A stretch of 32,000 nucleotides of DNA. It comes from Mycoplasma mycoides subsp. capri (GTDB taxonomy: Bacteria > Bacillota_I > Bacilli_A > Mycoplasmatales > Mycoplasmataceae). This document shows positions 23,939 through 32,000 of the stretch, in pieces; within the stretch, counting starts at the first letter, position 1, and every line of letters begins with the position of its first letter. The notes beneath the pieces are model-generated. The model saw only the letters and a program-made list of their open reading frames with translations. It was not told where the DNA came from and searched no databases. Both the position numbers and the translations under genes were made by a program. The stretch lies in assembly GCF_018389705.1 (NCBI RefSeq), contig NZ_CP065581.1:570001-602000 (forward strand), in the 5' to 3' direction.

Positions 23939-26072
23939 GTTTAGCCTCTCATATTTTTATTATTTCATCTACTTTTTTTAATATTACTACCATAGCTAAA
24001 GTATCTCTATTACAATACTTAATCATATCTTTTCTAATTAAATTATCTCAAACTGTTCTTTCAATTCTTTGTTCTAAAAATCTTCTAAATGTTTCGCTTG
24101 CTTTACTTCCATTATTAATTGTTAAATTTTTATAAGTAAAAGTTGAATCTAAAGCAGGTTGAGTTTTTTTAATAGAATAAGAACCATAAAAATTTTTATT
24201 TGCAATTAAAAATCAAGGCCTAAAATTAGCATCAATACTACTATCTTGTTTTACACCTTTAAAAAAGTCCATTAAATCAATTGTATTATTAACAATATAT
24301 AAAATCGGTATTGCTAATTTTGGAAATAAAAAGGCAATTCTTTTTAAAACAGATTTTTCAAAAGCATCATTATAAGCAACATAAACACCTTTTTTATTAC
24401 TAAAAATATCTTTTAAAAAATTAATAATAAATTCTTTTCTTGGATCTTGATAATCATTTGCTAAAAAATCATAATGAATCATACTATCTGGATTATTATA
24501 ATCATAGTTTTTATCATGAATTATATCAATTGAGTATTGAAAAGGAATTTGATAATAAGGATTAACTTTATTATATTTTGGTACAGCAAATTTAACTGTT
24601 TCAAAATCATACATATAAATTGGTAATGTTTTATATTTATTCATTACTTGTTTTAAAATATAAAAATAATTATTATCAATCATTAATGATGGATCTGATT
24701 TAATTTGATCATCTAATTTACTAATTTTAAAAATACGATTATATTTATAATTAATAAATTTATCATATTGATCATTTAATAAATTAGTAATTTCACTATC
24801 TAATAATGAATTATAATCTTTAAAATATGGTGAGTGTAAATGTCTAATTAAAAAAGCTTTTTGCGTTTGTTTAGCTCCTCCAAAATGTCAAAAATTAGGA
24901 GTTTTTTCATCAAATCAATTTAATACGTGTTGACAAGCCTTATAATCTGAAATTTCTCTAGTTCACTTAATTCAATTTTTACCTTTTTTATCATAATGTA
25001 AATAACAAGAATCATTTTTAAAAATTTCTATAATTTGATTTTCATCTAATCTTAACATATAAGCTATTTTTAAAAATAATTCATCTATATCAACAACATT
25101 AATTAAACTTTTATAATCTTCAATTAATGTATTTCTAGTTTTTGCTTGACCATAAGTAAAATAATCAATTTCAATTAATTTATTTAAATCTAAATCATCA
25201 ATTTCATCTATATTTTTAAATCCTAAATCTAAATCACCAATATTATCAACAATTTTTTTAGCTTGATCAAAACTAATATCTTTATATTGTGATACAAATT
25301 CTTCAATACTTGTTTTTAAATCAAAATCAACATTACTATCATAATCTCTTAAATAATTTTTATTTAATCTGGCAATCGCAATATTATCAACAATATAACC
25401 ATTTCTTTCTAAAACATACACTTGATAAACTAAATCTCAAAAATGTTCTTTTTTAACTTTACTAGTTGCTTTTGCTTCAATTATTTCAACATGATTATCA
25501 CCATTTAATTTCAAAACATCACATTTAACTTTTAAATTAAAATTATCAAACTCAAAAGCTGGTTCATATAAATAAACATATTGATCTTGGTGATTTTTTA
25601 ATAATTCTTTAGTTTGATTAACAGCATCATATATATTTGCTGTGTCATTAAAATCTTTAGTTAATTTATTTGGATATTCTTTGATTTGTTTTAAATCAAA
25701 ATATTCAATTACTTTTTTACCAAATTCTAATCCATCTTCAATAGCATCACCTTTAAACTCATCAAGTCTAAACCCATCATCACTATTAAAAAAACTTTCT
25801 CACTTTTTTAAAAACTCATCTTTTTCTTGTTCAGTTTTTAAATCTGTGTTTGTGTATTCTTCAAATAAATTAATACTAGTAGAATCACTTGAAAAATCAT
25901 CTTCAGATTCTAAATCATGATCAATATTAAAAAAATATTTTTTAGTTTTATTTCATTCAACAGCCTTTTTAAAATTATTAATATTTTGCAATATTCAAGC
26001 GATTTTAATACATTTTAAATTAGCGATTTTAAAAATTTCTTTAGAAATATTAATTTTAAAAATACTATTCAT
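23928..26072 (-). CDS. DUF2779 protein: N-terminal PD-(D/E)XK-like nuclease plus C-terminal DnaQ-like exonuclease domain, 714 aa
   Basis: CDVLKFNGDNHVEIIEAKAT (Cas4/RecB-like) and PIYMYDFETVKFAVPKYNKVNPYYQIPFQYSI, YVAYNDAFEKSVLKR, YCNRDTLAMV (DEDD-like). Four fragments joined through TGA=Trp. Confidence 0.82.
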
Positions 26073-26126
26073 AAATTATTCTTTTCTAATATGCTAAGTA
26101 AAATTATACTTTATTAAAAATAAAAA

Positions 26127-26143
26127 AGGCATCATTAGTGCCT
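26127..26143 (-). terminator. Short terminator-like hairpin
   Basis: Minus strand AGGCA-ctaatga-TGCCT followed by TTTTTATTTTT. Confidence 0.5.
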
Positions 26144-26147
26144 AAGT

Positions 26148-26765
26148 TTAATTACTTTTAGCTCTTGAAGGAACAAACTTTTTATTAGAAATATTTAACT
26201 TTCTTTCTTGATAAATATCTAGTGATCCTTTTTGAGATTTTTGTTTTTCTTTTGCTTTTTTTAGTTGTTCTTTTTCTTGTTGAGCTAATTTTTTAGCTTG
26301 CATTTTTTCAACTTCTTTTAGTTTTTGTTTTTCAGCTTTAGTTAATTTAATAGTTTTTTCACCAATTGCTATTCTTCTTTTGGTTTCTTCTAAATCAATT
26401 TGACTATTAACTATTCATTCAGTATTATATTGTGATTTATTAACTTTAGTAGTTAAACCTTCAACTTCATATGCTCTAATTTCAATTACTTTTTGAGTTT
26501 TTGGCTCAATTAATTGAACAATAACATCAAAAACATCTCGATACTTATATTCAGCACCTTTTCTAGCATACACTTTTTCAAATTCGATTCTTAAATTTTT
26601 TTTATGTTCATTTTTTAAAATGTACTCTTTAATTTTTTCTCTTACTTGATTGTATCTTTTTTCTTTTTCTTTTTTGTTTGCTTTTTTACCTGTAATAGTA
26701 CTTCAAATTACAAAACCAACTACAAAAACTAAAAGCACAATCATCAATATTGTAGATGTTTGCAT
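26148..26765 (-). CDS. Conserved mollicute protein with single N-terminal transmembrane anchor and charged C-terminus, 205 aa
   Basis: MQTSTILMIVLLVFVVGFVIWSTITGKKANKKEKEKRYNQ... then a K/E/Q-rich coiled-coil-like tail ending VPSRAKSN; open only under code 4. Confidence 0.75.
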
Positions 26766-26811
26766 AAAATCATTTCTTTCTATAACAATATAATTATAAA
26801 GTATTTTATTT

Positions 26812-27978
<1,167 letters not shown>

Positions 27979-28013
27979 TTAGTAAAAATGTTATATGTTA
28001 TACTTACAAAAAA

Positions 28014-28034
28014 GCTCCTAAATATTTAGGAGTT
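28014..28034 (-). terminator. Rho-independent terminator downstream of the lipoprotein array
   Basis: Palindrome CTCCTAAATATTTAGGAG, with minus-strand TTTTTT after the stem. Confidence 0.85.
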
Positions 28035-28045
28035 TAAATAAGTAT

Positions 28046-28906
28046 TTAATTTGATATGTCTTTTAATTCTATTTCTAATTTTTTGTTTTCTTTTATTAAG
28101 TCGATTAATTTCTTTTCAAGTTCTTTAACGTTTTTATTATTAATTAATTTTTCTATTTCTTCATTAAATTGATTAATCACTTGATCAGCTTCTTTTTTTT
28201 GATTTATAGAAAATTTAGTCTCAAAGAAAAATCTTAGCTCAACTAATATACTATCTTTTAAAGATTCATTGATAGTTATATCTTTATAAGTTTTTTGTTT
28301 TTCTTCAAAAGGTCTTTTATTTTGAACAATATCTAAAAGTTCTTTTAAAAGTTTTAACAATTCTTCTTTAACATCATTAAATTTCTTTTCTTCAAATAAT
28401 TTTAAAATTCTTTGTTTATATTTTATTCATTCTTCGTTTCTTATTTTTTGACTATAAAAATCTTGTTTTGTAAAAATTAGTTCTTCGCCTAAATATTTGA
28501 TTTCACTAGTTTTACTTAAATCTTTTAATAAACTTGTGACACGTTCTTTTTCTTTTTCTAAACCATCAGAGATAGGTTCTTTTTCAGTAGGTTGATCATT
28601 TTGTTGATTTGTAGAATCATCTATTTGATCATTTTTTTCTCTTTTAATCTCAGGATTTTTATTTGAATTATCATCTATATGCTTTGGTTGATTTTCTTTA
28701 TTAATTGGATTTTTTATAGAAATATCATTTTTAGAATTTGTATTATTTTGATTATTATGCTTATTTTTAGATTCAGAATTATCTTTTATATCATTATTTT
28801 TTTTATGTTCAGAACTATTGTGAATCTTATTATTTTTACATGAAACAACTAATATTGAAGAACTAAGTATTGTTAAAAAACTTAGGACAAATAAACTTTT
28901 TTTCAT
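28046..28906 (-). CDS. Tandem array lipoprotein 1, 286 aa
   Basis: MKKSLFVLSFLTILSSSILVVSC lipobox, N/K/D-rich linker, helical charged C-terminus; fragments joined at TGA. Confidence 0.85.
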
Positions 28907-28944
28907 TTTAATACCTTTGTAAAATTTGTATATTTTAGTTATAT

Positions 28945-29625
28945 TTAATTAGTTTTTTTATTAGCTAAAGAAAGTGTTTTTTCTTTTAGTTTTTCATATT
29001 GTTTGTTTGCAATTAGTTGTTCTATTTCGTTAATTAATTTATTTTGATATTCTTGGATTTCACTTCTAGTAACTTTAGCAAATACTTCATTGATTTTTAG
29101 TAATATTTTTTCTTTATTTTCTAGAGAAACTTGATCTAGTAATTCTGTTATTTCTTTTCTTTGTTGGTCTGTGACTTTGTTGTTATTAAAACTATTGCTA
29201 ATTAAAATAGTTATTTCAGCTTTTATTTGATTAAAATTAGATTCACTAAATAATTTTAAAATCTTTTCATTAATTTCGCGTATTTTCTTTTCAGTTTGTC
29301 TTTCTAATGGACTTAAATAATTTTTAAAAATAAGCTCAAAAGCAAGACTTTTAACTTGGCCAAATTCTTTATTTTTTATTAACTGATCAAGCCTATTTTC
29401 AAATTCACTTAATGTTTTATCTATTTTATTTTTATCGTTAGGCTCTATATTTATTTTAGGGTTATGTTGTTCTTTTGAACTAGAAGAATTACTATTTGAA
29501 ATATTTTTATCAGTTTTATTTGTATTATTAGTTTTTGTATTAGATACAGGTTTATTACATGAAACACTTGTAATTCCAGTAGTTAAAACTAATAAAGAAC
29601 TTATTATTGTTAAGAACTTATTCAT
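28945..29625 (-). CDS. Tandem array lipoprotein 2, 226 aa
   Basis: MNKFLTIISSLLVLTTGITSVSC lipobox; helical C-terminus resembling neighbours (ILKLFSESNFNQIKAEITILIS...). Confidence 0.88.
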   Translation of the reverse strand: MNKFLTIISSLLVLTTGITSVSCNKPVSNTKTNNTNKTDKNISNSNSSSSKEQHNPKINIEPNDKNKIDKTLSEFENRLDQLIKNKEFGQVKSLAFELIFKNYLSPLERQTEKKIREINEKILKLFSESNFNQIKAEITILISNSFNNNKVTDQQRKEITELLDQVSLENKEKILLKINEVFAKVTRSEIQEYQNKLINEIEQLIANKQYEKLKEKTLSLANKKTN

Positions 29626-29635
29626 GTTTTTTTAC

Positions 29636-30361
29636 CTATTGTTTAATATTTTTCTCTAATTCAGCAGTTTTATCAACTATATCAAATAGTTTAGTTTTTA
29701 TAGTTTCATATTGCATTTTAGACAATAAATTATTTATTTCATCTGTTTCAGATTTTAATTTTTCTTCAAGTTCTTTAGATATTTTTTGGCCAAATAAATT
29801 TTTAACTTCTTCTAGAATACCTTCCTTATTATCTTTTGTTACTTTGTCTAACAAATTCTTTAGTTTTCTTGATTCTTGATTATTAGAATTATTATCAAGA
29901 CTTTCACTAAATAAAATTGTTATTTCTTTTTTTATGTCATCTAATTCAGACTCATCAAATCATTTTTTAATTTTCTTTTCTAAATCAAATCAATCTTTAA
30001 GTAATTTCTTTTCACTAGATTTTTGAAAATATTTAGAAATAAGTTTTGTAGAATATTCTCTAATCTTTAAGTCTTCTTTTTTATCTAAAATTTTTTTTAG
30101 ATCTTTTTTTAATTTATCTGCAAAACTGTCTGTTTTTTCATCTTTTTCTTTTTTAGTAGAAGGCTGATCTTTTGGTAAATCTTGCTCACTAGGATTTAAA
30201 CTACCATTGGGTTTTTCTAATTCTTTTGATTTTTGATTAGAATCGTTTTTATTATCTTTTTCTTTTATTTTTTGATTAGTATTATCTGTTTTACATGAAA
30301 CAACAATTAGTGAAGAACTTAAAGCTGTTATAAAACTTAATAATGTTAAAATTTTTTTCAT
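29636..30361 (-). CDS. Tandem array lipoprotein 3, 241 aa
   Basis: MKKILTLLSFITALSSSLIVVSC lipobox; fragments 29990..30361 and 29636..29854 join through TGA=Trp. Confidence 0.88.
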
Positions 30362-30372
30362 ATATTTTCCTT
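30247..30372 (-). repeat. Direct repeat copy A: 5' end and leader of lipoprotein 3
   Basis: Same sequence recurs at 31042..31167 (offset 795), encoding VSCKTDNTNQKIKEKDN and the whole signal peptide. Confidence 0.85.
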
Positions 30373-30438
30373 AGATTTTTATTTTTATTATTTATTAAAT
30401 ATAAAAAAAGACACTCTTAATTTTTGGGGCTAAAATGC

Positions 30439-31156
30439 TTAAATTTTGCTTTTTTCTAATCTGGCTGATTTATCAACTATATCAAATAATTTGGTTTTTA
30501 TACTATCATAATCTTTTTTAGTTAATAAACTATTTATTTCATTTATTCTAGTTTTTAATTCTTGTTCAAATTCATTAGATATCTTTTTTTTCAAGTAATT
30601 CTCTAGTAGTGTCTAAAATTAACTCTTTGTTATCTTTTGTTATTTTATCTAATAATTCTTTAAGTTTTTTTGTTTCATTATTATTAATATTATTATCTAA
30701 ACTATCACTAAATAAAAGTGTTATCTCTGTTTTGACATCATCAAATTTAGATTCATCAAATAATTTTGAAATTTTATTTTCTAAATTAGTTAATTGTTCA
30801 AGTGATTGCTTTTGACTAGATCTTTGTAAAAACTTAGAAATAAGACTTGCTGAATATCCTAAAATTTTTGAACTTTGCTTTGTATCTAAAACTTCTTTTA
30901 CTTCTTTTTTAATTTTTTCAGCAAAGTCATCTATTTTTTCATTTTTTTCTTCTTTAGTAATAGGTTGATCTTTTGGTAAATCTTTTTCACTTGGGTTTAA
31001 GTTATTGTTAGGTGTTTCTGTTTCTTTTTTATTTGAATCAGTTTTATTATCTTTTTCTTTTATTTTTTGATTAGTATTATCTGTTTTACATGAAACAACA
31101 ATTAGTGAAGAACTTAAAGCTGTTATAAAACTTAATAATGTTAAAATTTTTTTCAT
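30439..31156 (-). pseudogene. Tandem array lipoprotein 4 with a frameshift at an A8 tract (possible contingency gene or recent pseudogene)
   Basis: Frame from 31156 ends ...RELLEKKDI* at 30575. Removing one A from the A8 tract gives LEKKISNEFEQELKTRINEINSLLTKKDYDSIKTKLFDIVDKSARLEKSKI*, ending at 30439 and matching the tail of lipoprotein 3. Confidence 0.8.
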
Positions 31157-31167
31157 ATATTTTTCCT
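31042..31167 (-). repeat. Direct repeat copy B: 5' end and leader of lipoprotein 4
   Basis: Near-perfect match to 30247..30372, continuing upstream with a few mismatches. Confidence 0.85.
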
Positions 31168-31284
31168 AGATTTTTATTTTTTATTATTTTTTAAATAAAT
31201 ATGAACCAATAAAACTATTAAAGATTAAAAAATAAGATCTACTAAAATAAACTAAAAAAGTTTTTTAATTTATTTTAATCTATC

Positions 31285-31923
31285 TTATTTATTATCAATG
31301 TTTTTTATCATATTAGCAATACTACTTGCAATATAGTTAGGATCATCAACATTAGCATCAATTACTCAAAAAGGAACAACTTCTTTATAAATGTTGTATC
31401 AAAACTCATAAGCATTAGTTAAATTTAATCAAAATAAATCATTTGTATCTAGTTCAACATCTCTTGAACGTTTATTAATTCTTTGAATAGCTTTATATGG
31501 ATCAACTTTTAAATATATCACAACATCAAAAGTTTTTCAATTATTTTTTATATCAAATATATTTGGAAGAATGCAAGTTAAAAAATAGTCTTTAAAAACA
31601 TTATAATCAGTATCACTTAACCGATTATACATATGATCAGTTTGACTAAATACCATTGAATCTAAAATACTTCTATCATAAATAACATTTTGATGATCTT
31701 TATATTTAATAAAAGTTTTCATACGATCAGTTAGCATTCATAAATCTAATTTATAATTATAATCTTGAACATTTTTATTAGTATCATCATATGCTTTATT
31801 AAAATAAGGACAATCTAAACTAGTTTCATTTATAAAAACATAACTTGAATCTAAAAGTTTTTTTAAATTTTCTAATAAAGTAGTTTTACCAGCACCTGTT
31901 GTTCCAAAAATTGCTATTCTCAT
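31285..31923 (-). CDS. Deoxynucleoside kinase (deoxyguanosine/deoxyadenosine kinase family), 212 aa
   Basis: MRIAIFGTTGAGKTTLLENLKKLL...FINETS...YDRSILDSMVF...VVIYLKVDPYKAIQRINKRSRDVE; three pieces joined through TGA=Trp. Confidence 0.9.
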
Positions 31924-31932
31924 TTTTTCTTT

Positions 31933-32000
31933 CTAATCTATTTTAAAATATAGATCATTTAATATTTGATAAATTTTTTTTGAAGCTTTATTTATAAATT
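31933..32000 (-). CDS. C-terminal fragment of an upstream gene (partial, identity unclear)
   Basis: Open frame ...FINKASKKIYQILNDLYFKID* ending 9 nt upstream of the kinase start. Confidence 0.4.
   Translation of the reverse strand, partial: FINKASKKIYQILNDLYFKID

Noticed and set aside
25642-25920. Plus-strand 92-aa ORF
   Set aside because: Antisense to the DUF2779 gene; Ser/Leu-rich shadow ORF.
29607-29879. Plus-strand 90-aa ORF (and 30609..30815)
   Set aside because: Antisense to lysine/glutamate-rich lipoprotein genes; Ser/Phe-rich shadow translations.
28100-31200. Repetitive low-complexity N/K/D segments considered as a possible CRISPR or tandem DNA repeat array
   Set aside because: No regularly spaced identical repeats; they are Asn/Lys/Asp-rich linkers after lipoboxes, apart from the one 5' duplication reported.

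Overview
AT-rich mollicute chromosome segment, most like the Mycoplasma mycoides/capricolum group (inference). UGA must be read as Trp (code 4): nearly every ORF-track fragment fuses in frame across TGA into a full-length protein. The backbone is mostly minus-strand housekeeping genes: recO (partial), era, ybeY, a DJ-1/PfpI protein, rarA, lon with a CIRCE operator, tig, a small Asp23-like protein, efp, fmt, a PD-(D/E)XK + DUF2779 protein, a conserved membrane-anchored protein, mnmA, and a deoxynucleoside kinase. Accessory content: (1) a C39-peptidase/ABC exporter-like protein whose peptidase catalytic residues look intact but whose ATPase motifs have decayed; (2) a 1753-aa FtsX-like permease, divergent from a block of three plus-strand lipoprotein genes, two of them paralogs with a transglutaminase-like C/H/D triad and tandem C-terminal repeats; (3) a tandem array of four small lipoproteins, one carrying an A8 homopolymer frameshift whose one-base contraction restores a paralog-like C-terminus. 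No tRNA, rRNA, CRISPR array or transposase was recognised.
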